A stretch of 64,000 bases of DNA, taken from the NCBI GenBank assembly GCA_965197905.1, contig CBDAOB010000003.1, forward strand, positions 1,120,001 to 1,184,000, written 5' to 3'. This document shows positions 48,208-61,700 of the stretch, in pieces. The notes under the pieces are model-generated. The model worked only from the letters and a program-made list of their open reading frames with translations, ran no database searches and had not been told where the DNA came from. The translations under genes and the position numbers were made by a program. Every line of letters starts with the position of its first letter. Within the stretch, counting starts at the first letter, position 1. The DNA comes from Candidatus Latescibacterota bacterium (GTDB lineage Bacteria > Latescibacterota > UBA2968 > UBA8231).

Positions 48208-49413
48208 CTACCCCGCTCTGCGCTCACCACCGATCTTGCTCGCCTCGGGCAGCTGCCGCAAGCGGTACATCGACCATGCTCCAAACGCCGGCCCGATGGC
48301 TAGGACCGCAAACGCCCATTCCCAACCCAACCGCTCGACGCAGACCGGCAATAACCGGATGGACCCCATCGTCAAGAGGAATCCAATGCAGGTCTGCAGC
48401 GTCAGCGCGGTTCCCACGTAGGCTGGCTCCGACAGTTCGGTAATGCTGGCTGAAAACTGCGCCGAGTCGGCGACGATGACGAACCCCCACAGCAGACAAA
48501 GGGCAACGAGCGCCCAGGCAGGTCCGTTAAACAGCAATCCCACCACCAGACAGCAGCCGCCGCTGATCACCATGGAGACGATGGTGATCGTGGTCCGTCC
48601 GTACCGATCGGCCAGCAAACCCGCAATCACACATCCGATTCCACCAATGCCCACCACAGCAAAGGTGGCGATCGCCGAGGTCATGGCGGCATCCTTCATC
48701 TGCATCTGCTGAAAGCTGGCCAGGAAGAACAGGGATATCCAGGTCCAGACGGCGTAGAGCTCCCACTGGTGGCCAAGGTATCCGAAGTTCGCCAAACGCA
48801 CTCCCCGGTCGGCCCAGGCGCGGCCGATGTAGCGCCAGTCGAAACGGGCGCCGCCGGCCTGGTGTGGCCCGTCCTTCACAAACACGAGACAGATGAGGCC
48901 GGCGAGAAGCGACGATGCGGAAGCGATGAGCATCAGGCTGCGCCAATCGGGTCCGCCCAGCACCTTGAACAAGTGGGGTGAGGCGGAGCCCAGGGTCAGG
49001 GCGCCGACCAGCATACCGATCGCCATGCCTCGCCCTTCCTTGAACCAGCTGGCCATGATCTTCATGCCCGGGGGGTAGACGCCGGCGAGGCAAACGCCGG
49101 TCAGGAAACGGAGCACTAGCGCCGGGCTCAGCGCGTCGGCGAACAATCCAATGGCCCCGTTGAAGAGGGCACCAAGGAGTGCGCAGAGAGCAAACAGATA
49201 GCGGGCGTTGAAGATGTCGGGAAGATTGAAGAAAGCGCTGAAGAAGGTTCCGAACACAAAACCTATCTGCACCGACATGGTCAGCCAGGCCTGGTCGCCG
49301 TCGTCCAATGCCCATTCCGCCGCCAGCGAGGGTATTACCGCGGTGGCGGAGAACCACAGGGATAGACCCAGGAGCTCAGCAAGGGACAGCGAAAAGAGAA
49401 CTCGCCACTTCAT
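48208..49413 (-). CDS. MFS transporter
   Basis: About 12 hydrophobic helices; GLLADRYGR motif; YPPGMK; ADSAQFS. Confidence 0.92.
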   Translation of the reverse strand: MKWRVLFSLSLAELLGLSLWFSATAVIPSLAAEWALDDGDQAWLTMSVQIGFVFGTFFSAFFNLPDIFNARYLFALCALLGALFNGAIGLFADALSPALVLRFLTGVCLAGVYPPGMKIMASWFKEGRGMAIGMLVGALTLGSASPHLFKVLGGPDWRSLMLIASASSLLAGLICLVFVKDGPHQAGGARFDWRYIGRAWADRGVRLANFGYLGHQWELYAVWTWISLFFLASFQQMQMKDAAMTSAIATFAVVGIGGIGCVIAGLLADRYGRTTITIVSMVISGGCCLVVGLLFNGPAWALVALCLLWGFVIVADSAQFSASITELSEPAYVGTALTLQTCIGFLLTMGSIRLLPVCVERLGWEWAFAVLAIGPAFGAWSMYRLRQLPEASKIGGERRAG

Positions 49414-49777
49414 CGAAACATCGGCTCAACCGGTTTGTGCCGCAATATTAGGTGAAAACAGATACATATACCTAGGTTTGTATAAATATTGATCCCAAAT
49501 ACAGTTCAATATTTCTGGTTTTTTATTCTGAAATGTGGAGCCAAAAGGATTACATTCTGAGATTCTGTCAAGTGTCGAATCTACAATCTCTTATGACGAC
49601 TGAAGTTTTCTTTGATCACGTGACTCGCATCACACATTCTCCTCTCTTCACTAGTTATGATAGGCACGTCGACAGCGCCCTAGCCGAACCTCCAGTGGAT
49701 CGACAGCCCACATTATAGTTAAGCTGCGGCCAAATGGACCAGAAGATCCTGCACCGATTTATCTCCAACGGTATGGA

Positions 49778-52700
49778 ATGTCCGTAACTGGTAGCTCGAA
49801 GATTCGCAACGCCAGCTTGCCCGCCCGGGTTGCTGTCGGAGCCGTTTCTCTCGCGCTTCTGTTGTGTGCTGTCTCACCACTGTCAGCACAGACTTGCCAG
49901 GTGAAAAGCGTCCAGAAGATCGCCGACAACACCGGCGGTTTTGGCGTTACCCTCACGAACAGTGACAATTTCGGGGTCTCCGTTGTCGCCATCGGCGATC
50001 TGGATAACGACGGCGTCGAAGACCTTGCCGTGGGGGCGCACAACGACGACACCGGTGGCGCCGGTCGGGGCGCACTGTATGTGCTGTTGATGAACAGCAA
50101 CGGCACGGTAAAGAGCCACCAGAAGATCGCCGACAACACCGGCGGCTTCGGCGTCACTCTCACCAACAGCGATTTCTTCGGTGTCTCGGTAGCTGCATTG
50201 GGGGACCTGGACGACGATGGGGTGAAGGACCTGGCTGTGGGTGCGTTCTTCGATGACACCGGCGGCACCGGTCGTGGCGCCGTCTACGTACTGTTCATGA
50301 ACACAAACGGCACGGTAAAGAGCCACCAGAAGATCGCCGACAACACCGGGGGATTCGGCGTGACACTCACAGACAGCGACGCTTTCGGGGCAGCTGTTGT
50401 GGGTCTCGGGGATCTGGACAACGACGGGGTAGAAGATCTGGCCATAGGAGCAAAAAGTGACGACACCGGAGGCACTGATCGCGGCGCGGTCTACGTTCTG
50501 TTCATGAACACCAATGGCACGGTCAAGAGCTCGCAGAAGATTGCCGACAATACTGGTGGGTTCGGGGTAACCCTTGCAGACAGTGACTTCTTCGGCGGCA
50601 GGCTGGCCGCCCTGGGCGATTTCGATGGGGACGGGATCGAAGACCTGGCGTCGGGCGCACAGAACGACGATACAGGTGGCACCGACCGCGGTGCGTTCTA
50701 TGTGCTGCTGTTGAACAGCGACGGTACGGTGAAGAGCCACCAGAAGATTGCTGACAATACAGGAGGTTTCAACGTTACGCTCACCGACAGTGACGTCTTC
50801 GGAGGATCTTCGGTAACGAACCTGGGCGACCTTGATGGAGACGGAGTGGCGGATCTCGCCGCCGGGGCAATGCTCGACGACACCGGCGGTACCGACAGGG
50901 GCGCGCTGTATCTGCTGTTGATGAACAGCAACAGCACCGTCAAGAGCAACTTCAAGATCGCCGACAATACCGGGGGCTTTGACTTCGCTCTGACGAATAC
51001 GGCTCGTTTCGGAATCGCGGCGGTGGGCTTGGGGGATCTCGACGGTGACGGTGTCGGAGACCTGGCGATAGGAGCCGACAAGGACGATACCGGCGGCACC
51101 GATCGCGGTGCTCTATGGGTGGTGTTCCTGACCAAGGTACCCACCATCACTGCCATCAGTCCGAAGACAGGCAAGGTAGGTGATTCGGTAACCATCACCG
51201 GCACCGAGTTCGATGCCACCGCAGCGAACAACAAAGTGTTCTTCGGGGCGACGAAAGCGACGGTGACGGCGGCGTCGCTTTCGTCGCTGACCGTCACCGT
51301 GCCGACGGGTGCGACATTCGGCCCCTTGCAGGTGATCGTGCACAACCGCACCGCAGAGTCGGACGATTTCTTTCAACCCACCTTCTCCGGCGAGTTCCCT
51401 ACCATAGACGCTTCGACTCTGGCGGCCAAGGTAGACTTTGCCACCGGCACCGATCCGGTCAGCGTCCACCTGGCTGATTTCGATGGCGACGGCAAGGTAG
51501 ACATGGCGGTGTCCAACTCGACAACCAACAACGTTTCAGTCTTTGAGAACACCAGCTCCGGTTCCATTACCTTCGCCGCCAAGGCCGATTTTGCCGCGGG
51601 CACGAGTCCTTGGGGTATGGACGTAGGCGACCTGGATGGAGACGGGCTTCTGGATATGGCCGCGCCCAACAACACGACCAACAACGTCTCGGTCTTTCGC
51701 AACACCAGCTCCGGATCCATATCGTTCGCGGCGAAGGTGGATTTCGCGTCGGGCACGGTTCCCAACGACCTCGCCTTCGCCGACTTCGACGGCGACGGAA
51801 AACTGGACATGGTGACAGCGAACAACACCGCTACCACCGCCTCCGTTTTCCGAAATACAAGCACCTCGGGTAGCATCACCGCTGCCTCCTTCAGCGCCAA
51901 AGTCGATTTCACGACGGGAACGACGCCATCTGCGGTCGAAGTGGCAGACATAGACGGAGATGGGGAAACGGATTTCGTGGTCACCAACTTTGCCACCGAC
52001 AACGTCTCCGTGTTCCGAAACACCAGCACAGCTGGGACGATCGATGCCGCTTCATTCGCTGCCAAGGTGGATTTTGCTTCGGGCACAGGTCCACGCTTCT
52101 TGGCCTTGGGGGACGTGGATGGCAATGGCAAACCAGAGATGGTGGTCGCCAACGAAACCGCAAACACCATCTCGATCTTTCGCAATACTGCAGTTTCCGG
52201 CATGATCACCGGGGGATCGTTTGCCGCCAAAGTCGACTACACCGTTCAAACCGACCCTTACAACATAGCTTTCGGAGACCTCGATGGAGACAACAAGCCC
52301 GATATTGCCGTTTCTCATCGAACCACCGCAGCCTTCTCCCTCTTTCGCAACAAGAGCGTTTCAGGAACCATCGACGCCAATTCGCTCGACACCAGAGTGG
52401 ATTTTACCACGGCCAACGACTTGAGGGGTGTAGCGATCGGCGACCTCGACGGAGATCAAAAACCCGATGTGGTGGTGACCGATTTTACCGCGAACAACCT
52501 GTCGGTATTTCGCAATCTGACTCCAACGACGCTGGCGCCGACGATCACGTCCGTTTCGCCGCTGCTCGGAAAGATCGGTGATACGATAACGATCACCGGC
52601 ACGAACTTCGACGCTACGACAACCAACAACACCGTCTACATCGGCGGCATCAAGGCGACAGTGGTTACCGCTTCGGCCACGACGTTGACAGTTACGATGC

Positions 52701-55700
52701 CGGCGGGTGCGACGGTCGGGCCAGTGCGGGTCACGGTAAAAGAGCGGACAGCGGTATCCAATAAGATCCTGGGAGCCACTTATTCGGGGGCCGATCAGAC
52801 GATCACAGCCGGCGTTTTGGCAGAAGCCGTCGACTTCACAGCGGGCACAGGACCAACCGGTGCCATTGCAGCCGACATAGACGGCAATGGCGTGACCGAC
52901 ATCGTGCTCTCCAACTTTACCTCCAACACGCTATCCGTGCATCGGAACACCAGCACCGCCGGCGCCATCAATGCAGGTTCGTTCGCCGCCAAGGTGGACG
53001 TCAACACCGGAACCACTCCAAGATGGCTGACTGTTCACGACTTCGACGGTGACGGTCTGCTCGACCTGGCGACTGCGGCCGGCGGTACGGACAATCTTGA
53101 GGTCTACCGCAACACCAGTATGGTTGCCTCCGTATCGTTTGCCGGGGCCGTCACCTTCGCTACCAACAATGACCCGAACGTGGTGGCGGCGAGCGACATA
53201 GACGGGGATGGAAAGCTCGATATCGGGGTCACGACCTGGAACGGTGGTGCGGGGACGACTGTTTCGCTGTACCGCAACGAGAGCTCCAATGGAGTGATCA
53301 ACTTCGCGGCAAAGTCCGACGTCACTACGGGCACGGGCCCCGAGCGTGTCGCTTTCGGGGACGTGGACGGCGACGGCAAGCATGACATGGCGGTTGCTAA
53401 CAGCGCCGGCAACAACGTCTCCGTTTATCGGAACACCAGTACCGCGGGCACGATCGACGGATCCACCTTTGCCGCGGCGGTGAACTTCGCTGTTGGTACA
53501 ACGCCTCAAGATGTACGACTCGCCGATGTGGACGGTGGTGGGGCTCTGGATCTGCTCGTTACCAATACGGCGTCCAATTCGTTTTCGGTTCTGAGAAATA
53601 CCGCTATTTCAGGTGTCATCAATGCTTCCTCCTTCGCCGCAAAGCAGGATTTCACGACCGGTACACTTCCCAGAGCGCTCGCGATCGGTGACCTGTCGGG
53701 TAACGGCAGGCCGGATCTCGTCACGTCCAACGGCACAGCGAATACGACCTCGTTGTTTCGCAACAACGGCTCTTCAGGCTCCGTCTCGTTCGCCGCAAAG
53801 GTGGACCTCACGACGGGGACCGGTCCGTATGGAAACGTCATCGCCGATTTCGATGGCGACGGGCGACCAGAGCTGGCGCATACGAACTTCACCGACAACG
53901 ACGTTTCGGTATTGCACAATATCGCCGACCCGCCGAGGATTACGTCCGGCAGTCCACAGACCGGGAAGGTGGGTGACGCCGTCGCCATCAACGGCGAAAA
54001 TTTCGATCCGACCTTCGGCAACAACACCGTCTACTTCGGCCCGACGAAAGCGACCGTTACTGCCGGATCGGCCACTTCACTGACGACATCGGTTCCGACG
54101 GGTGCCACCTTCGGACCGATCAGTGTTACTGCCAAACAACGGACCGCCATATCGGACAAACCCTTTCTGCCCACCTTCGGCGGCGAGTTCCCGACGATTG
54201 ATGCATCCACCTTCGCGGCAAAGCAGGACTTCACGGCGGGGACAGGTCCGCAGTATGTCGCCACGGGTGACCTGGACGGCGATGGAAAGACCGACATGGT
54301 TGTTGGGAACTTCACCGCAGCAACGGTATCGGTGTTCCGAAATACCAGCACTAGCGGCACCATCGACGGCTCCTCGTTTGCCGCGAAGGTTGACCTGACG
54401 GCTGACACGCAAACTCGCGGCGTAGCAGTAGGTGATCTGGACGGCGACGGCAAGCTCGACATCGCCGTGACCAACTCGGGGGCCAATTCGGTATCGTTGT
54501 TCCACAACATGAGCTCTGTTGGTTCGATCTCATTTGCGGCGAAGGTGGACTTCACCACCGGCGCCGCACCGTTCGCTGTTGAAATCAATGATCTGGACGG
54601 CGACGGAAAACCGGACCTGGCAGTAGCCAACAAGACCGCGAACACGGTTTCCGTTTTTCGCAACTTAAGTGTAAGCGGTACCATCGATGCTTCGTCGTTC
54701 GCGGCCAAGGTAGATTACACGCCTGGAACGGATCTCCGGTTGTTAGCTCTGGGGGATTTGGATGGCGATGGTGCACCGGACATGGCTGTTGCCAATCGAA
54801 CGTCGAATAATCTGTCAGTGTTCCGGAACACAGCTACAGCCGGTACGATTGACGCTTCTTCATTTGCCGCAAAGGTCGACTTCACGACCGGTACGAATCC
54901 GAACGGAGTCGCGATAGGCGATCTTGACGGCAATGGACAGCCGGAGCTGGTCGTTTCGAACGAAGCGAACAATCTATCTGTTTTTCGCAATACGGCCGTG
55001 TCCGGTGTCATCAACGCTGGCTCGTTTGCCGCAAAGATTGATTATACCACCGCCGTAGGGCCGAGCGGTCTGGCCATGGGTGATATCGACGGTGACGGCA
55101 AGCTGGACATCGCAACCGCCATAGGTGGTGGGGCCGACGTTGTATCGGTTTTTCGAAATACCAGTGTGACGGGAACGATCGACGCGAATTCACTTGCGCC
55201 CAAAGTCGATTTTGCTACTACCTCCGACGTGATCGGTCTGGCGATCGCAGACCTCGATGGCGACGAAAAGCCCGAAATTGCTGTGGTAAACAATACCGGA
55301 GCTGCGGTGTCGGTTTTTCATAATATCACGCCCACCGTACCGGCGCCGACTATCACCTCCTTTACACCCACGTCTGCGAAACCAGGTGAGTTGGTCACGA
55401 TCACCGGCACCAACTTCGACACGACACCTGGGAACAACACGGTGTTCTTCGATCCAATCAAAGCGACGGTGACCTCGGCTTCAGCGACGTCACTCACGGT
55501 CACGGTGCCGGACGGCGCGGGTTACGGTCCCTTGACCGTGACCCGCAAAGAACGCACGGCGATATCGGACGATTATTTTCTGCCTACCTACGGTGGTGTA
55601 GCTCAGACGATCGCGGACGGCACCCTGGCAAGTCAGATTACCTTCGCGACCGGCGTGAATCCAAATGGGACTGGAACGGCCGATATCGATGGCGACGGGC

Positions 55701-58700
55701 TGCCGGAGCTCGTAACGGTGAACTTCGGCGGCAACAGTATTTCCGTTTTCCTCAATACGGGTACTGCCGGGGGGTTCAACGGCAGCTCTTTCGCCGCCAA
55801 GTCCGACTTCACCGTGGGTACGGGACCGGGTTACGCCGCCATAGGTGACATCGACGGAGACGGTCTCCCCGATGTGGCGACATCGAATCTGTCGGCAAGC
55901 ACCGCGTCGGTGCTGCGGAACATGAGCACAACGGGATCGCTCGCCTTCGACGCCAAGGTCGATTTCACGACTGGCACGTCACCTTCCGGCGTCGCCCTGG
56001 GTGATATAGACGGCGATGGCAAGCCGGACCTGGCCACACCGAACTTCGGCACCACAACAGTTTCTGTATTCCGGAATACGAGCAAGAGTGGCGCGATCGA
56101 CGCAACATCATTCTCGCCGAAGGTGGATTTCACTGTTCTCACGCAACCGCACAATGTGGCTTTCGGTGATATCGATCAGGACGGTAAGCTCGATATGGTG
56201 GTGGTCAACCGTGGCTCCAACATGATCTCGGCTTTCCGCAATACGGCGACGGCTGGCGAAATCACTGCTTCCTCCTTCGCAGCAAAGGTGGATGTCGCCA
56301 CTGGAGCAACGCCGTTCACCGTAACACTCTCGGACTTCGACGGTGACGGCCTACTGGATGCGGCCGTTCCCAACAACGGGGCCGGCAATTTCTCGACGCT
56401 GCGCAACACCAGTATGACCGGTTCGATCTCCTTCGCCGCCGCCGTCGACTTCACGGCAGGGACGGGACCATACGGATCGGCCGCTGGCGATATCGACGGC
56501 GATGGGCTTCCAGACGTGGCTATTCCAAACAACACTTCCAATACTACCTCGGTCTTCGAGAATACGAGTGTCTCTGGAACCATAAGTTTCGCAACCAAGG
56601 TCGACCTGACGACAGCCACCGGGCCACAAGGTGCTGCCATCGCCGATTTCGATGGCGACGATCGGCCCGATATTGCCATCTCCAGCTCGTCGAACAACCT
56701 GTCGATCTTTCACAACATCGCCGATCCGCCGACGATCAGCTCGTTTACGCCCACGTCAGGGCACGTCACTAAGTCGATAACCGTAACCGGCGCCAACTTC
56801 GACACTACGCCGGCAAACAACATCCTCTTCTTCGGCGCCACCAAGGCGAATATAACGGCAGCAACTGCCACTTCGTTGACCGCAGATGCGCCACTGGGTG
56901 CCACGTTCTCGCCGCTGCACCTGGAAGTCAACGGGCGCACGGCGTTTTCAGACAAGCCGTACCTGCCAACCTACGCGGGCACGGCCACCATCGACGCGTC
57001 CTCATTCGTGGCGAAGGTAGACTTCGCCACCGGAACCACACCACAACCGTTGGTCGTTGGAGACATGGACGGTGACGGCAAGCCAGATCTGGTGATCTCC
57101 AACGATCCCGACATCGTGTCGGTACTGCGCAATACGAGCTCCACCGGCTCGATCACCGCAGGCTCGTTCGCGGCAAAAGTCGATTTCGCCACCTCTTCCA
57201 CCCCCGTCGGCCTAGATCTGGGAGATCTGGACGGGGACGGAAAATTGGACGTGGCTATCGCCAACAATCTCTCCACCTCCGTATCTCTGTTCAGAAACCT
57301 GAGCAGCTCGGGCAGTATTTCCTTGGCCGCCAAGGTCGATCACACGACGGGTACTCAACCGACGGACGTGGCGATTGACGACCTGGACGGCGACGGCAAA
57401 GCCGACCTGGCGATTTCGAATCTGTCAACCAACAACGCATCGGTACTTCGCAACATCAGCGTCGAAGGTACCATCGACGCCAATTCCTTCGCGGCCAAAC
57501 AGGACTATGCTACGGCTACCAGTCCCCAGGCGATCGCGGTGGCAGACATCGACGGCGACGGAAAGCCGGATCTTCTGGTACCCGGATTCGGCACGAACCA
57601 GCTTTCGGTGCTGCGCAATACCTCAACTGCCGGCACGGTCGATGCGTCCTCGTTTGCCGCCAAGGTCGACTTTGCTACGGCCTCGATTCCAACCGACGTG
57701 ATCACAGCCGATATCGATGGTGACACGAAACCTGATGTGATCGTACCTAACTTCAGTTCCACCTCGGTGTCGGTTTTCCGGAACAAGAGCATTAGCGGCA
57801 CGATCGACGGCACATCGCTTGCCGCCAAGGTGGATTACACCCTAGGCGCGAGTCCGATAGCGGCGACTGCGGGAGATATGGACGGCGACGGTAAGATTGA
57901 CCTGGCGGTTGCCAGCCAGGGATCTGATTTCGTTTCGGTGCTGCGCAACCAAGCTGTGAGTGGGACTATCAACGCCGCGTCACTGGCGACCCGTGTCGAT
58001 TACACCACCGGCGATCAGCCCTCTGGAACGGCCATGGGAGATCTGGACGGGGATGGGAGATCCGACCTGGTAGTCACCAACAAAAACGACAATAATCTCT
58101 CGATCTTTCGCAATAAGTCCACGCTCAAAACCACAGGCTTGGCCGGCACCTCAACCATGGCTCCAGGCGCCGAGGTGCAGCTGTTCCGCATAGGACTGGC
58201 CAGCTACGGCACCTACACCCTCAACAGCATCGCATTGGCCTTGTCGGATTTGTCCACGGCGACGGGGATTACTTCGGGCGACCTGGATGTGCGACTCTAC
58301 AAGAGTACCGATGAAACCTTCGACAGTGGCGACACCCACATCGGCACCCAGACCACGATCAATTTCGGCGGTACTACAACGATAACGCCGACGGCGACGG
58401 AGACGCCGCTCAATCATTCCTTTTACATTGTCACCGCCCGCATCAGCACCACCCCGATCGATAAACACGCTTTCAAGCTCGGATTTACCCTCGACGGAGT
58501 AACCACTTCCGTCGGCTCCGAAGGTTTGGCGATCACGGCAAGTGATGCCAACAACGTGACCATCGACGTGGTGGCGACGAAATGGATATTTGTTTCTATC
58601 CCCACCGGAGGAACTCACCTTCAGGAACTGACGCCGCAACCGGGAATGGAAGCTCACGATGCTGCCGGCAACGTGGATCGGGATATCAACGGCACCGTAA

Positions 58701-61700
58701 CGCTGACACTGAATCCATCCGGATCGCTCTCTCGCACCGCATTCACAGCCACTGAAGGGGGTGCGCCCACCTGGTTCCTCACCATCTCTGGAGCGGGTAG
58801 CGGCCGCACTCTCACCGTCTCTGGACTGGGTCCCGCTGACGCGACGACGCCGGCCTTCGATATTGCCAAGGCCGACGCTACCGTAACCCTTAACAACCTG
58901 AACGCCGAATTCGATGGCAATGTAAAGGCGGGTGGTGCTACGACCGATCCTTCTGGTCTAGCCGTGGCCTTTAGCTACAACGTATTCGGCACGCCGTTAC
59001 CGGGTCCCCTTTCCGCGCCCGGCAGCTTCGGCGTTACGGCTACCGTGAGCGACCCGAACTACCAGGGCAGCGCGACCGGAACCATCACCATCACCGCGCC
59101 GGCGCCCCCGGCTGCGGCTCTGGACGTTTCGCCGACGTCGGGTAATCCGCCGCTGAGCGTGACCTTCACCGATCGCTCGACGGGTGACATCAGTTCCTGG
59201 TTTCTCGAACCGCAAGCAGATGGAGGAAGGGTCTTCGAGGATCTTTCCTCGCCGGTGACGGTGACCTATTCCACGCCCGGCACCCATACCATTTTTCTGA
59301 CCGTGAGCGGGGCGGGCGGTCGCTCACAGATCGAAACCACCATCTCGGTGAACAGTCCGCCAGCTGTGGGCACGATTGGTGCCGCGTCGACGAACGAGGA
59401 CGAAAAGCTGGTGCTGGATCTGAGCACTCTGGATCCCGCCACCGGCACGTGGAGTGTAAGTGGCACCGACGGGGCACTGATCGCTGCGGTCGCGGTGGAA
59501 ATGGATGCGATCACCTTCACGCCGGTGGCCAATACCAGTGGCAGCGATGTGGTGACGATCACCCGCACCAGCAGCAACGGCTTGAGCAGCTCCCAGGAGG
59601 TGACGTTGACCTGGACGGCGGTGGACGATCCGCCCGCTATCGTCGATCTGGCGGGCAGTTTCAGTGCCGCTGAAGAAGAGACGATTCACGTGGGCGGTTC
59701 GGGCAACGCCAGCGACATCGATTCGGACCCCGGTTCTTTCAGCTGGTCCGCATCAGGATTCGACGGTGGCCTGGTAGCCGTCGCCGCCGGCGGAGCTGGA
59801 GGAGTCGACTTCACTCCGGTGACCCACGCCCATGGCGAAACTGGGGCGACGATCACTCTAACCGATCCGGTATCGGGCGCAACGGCCTCGCAAGCGGTCA
59901 CCCTGACCTGGACTCCGGTCAACGATGTGCCCTCGGTGCCGGTGGCTGGTTTCCCGGCAAACGGGGTTACCGATGTGCCACTGGCGCCATTGATATCGTG
60001 GTCTGCCAGCGACGCCGACAACGACGACCTGGTCTACGATCTCGCGCTCGGGTTGGCCGGATCGGCGGCTACCGTTTCCAGCGGACAAACGGGTACGACG
60101 TTCAGCGCTTCGGGCCTGGCGCCCGGCGCTACCTACGAATGGAAGGTGGTTGCCCGCGATCCCGCTGGCGCGACCTCGGAAGCCAGTTTCACCTTCACCA
60201 CCGAAGCGGATCTTCGCGGCCCCGTGATCTCGGGGGTCGGAGTGGCGGCGACCGAAAGCTCGGCGACCTTCGGCTGGGATACCGACGAGCCGGCTACAAG
60301 CTTTGTAAGGTTGGTACCCGAGGAGGGCGCCGCGGCAAAAACCGTCGCGATGGCGCAACAGGTCGCAGTGCCGGTGGAGATCGCTTCCAACGAACTGGTC
60401 ACCCGCCATCAGCTCATCGCCTCCGACCTAGTGCCCGGCACCTCCTACAGCTACGAGCTCAGTTCCTCCGATGCCCGGGGGAACAGCTCCGAGCTATTTA
60501 CCGGACGCTTGCTCACCCTTGCCGCCCCGGACCGGGTCGCGCCCATGTTCCTGGTAGATCCCTACGTCGAGGGTGTAACGCAGCAAAGTGCGGTGGTCAG
60601 GTGGCAGACGGACGAGCAGGGAGACAGCCGCGTGAGCTATGCACTCGTGGCGGCCGCTAAGGCGACTGCTGCAAGCCAGGCTTCAGGTGGCGAGATCGTC
60701 CTGGACGAGCTGGTGGAAGAACACAGTGTGCGCCTCTCTGGTCTGGTGGCCGCTACGGAATACAGCTTTCAGGTCAGCTCGCGGGATGCTGCCGGCAACC
60801 TGTCGGATGGGCGGGGTGGCAGCTTCAGCACCGACGCGGCAGCCGATCTCACCGCACCCGAGTTTACCAGCGGGCCGGCGGCTTCCAGCGTGACCGATGT
60901 TTCGGCCGTCGTTGTATTGAGCGCCGACGAGCTGGTTACAGCCGAGATCCGCTTCGACACCGACGATAACCTCAACGACGGTCGTCTGGCTGCGGCCGGC
61001 CAGGCGCAGACCGAACACAGTATCGAGCTGACCGGCTTGGAGGCGGCAACGACCTACAGCTTCCAGGTCGCGATCCGTGACGAAGGCGGCAATGAACACC
61101 TTTCCGGGTTGCGCAGCTTCACCACGCTGCTCGCGCCCGACGCGGTGCCGCCGTTGTTCCTTGCCGGTCCCGCGGTCGAAGGGCTCACCGACCAGAGCGC
61201 GGTGCTGGTGCTGACCGCTAACGAACCGGTCCGAATGCAGGTTCTGTTTTCTTCCGACCCGAACCTCGACGGAGCGACGCTGAAGGCGAACAACGAGCTG
61301 CAGCTGACCCACACCGTTCAGCTTACCAACCTGGAGCCAGACACGGAATACTTCTTTGAGGTGGCGATTCGCGACGGCAGTGACAACGAAACCGAACCGG
61401 TACGGGGGAATTTTCTCACCGAGGATGAGGAGGACATCACCCCGCCGCAGATTGTCGAGCTTTTCGCCGAAGGGGTCGGATTTGAGCGCGCCACCGTGGT
61501 GTGGCGGACCACTGAGCTGACCACCGGATTTCTGGAGTTCAACCTCGCGGCTGCCGCCAAGATTGCCGCCGCCACCGAACGCGGCCGCATCCAGCTCACT
61601 GATCCGGCGCGGGAGCACCGGGTACAGCTCACCAACCTCAAGCCGGGCAGCGGCTACGGTCTCCACGTCGTCATGCAGGATGCCCAGGGCAACAGGGGTG

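Noticed and set aside
49900..51130. Regularly spaced DNA repeats resembling a CRISPR or VNTR array
   Set aside because: The period is ~210 bp, in frame, with synonymous variation; these are protein repeats, and there are no cas genes
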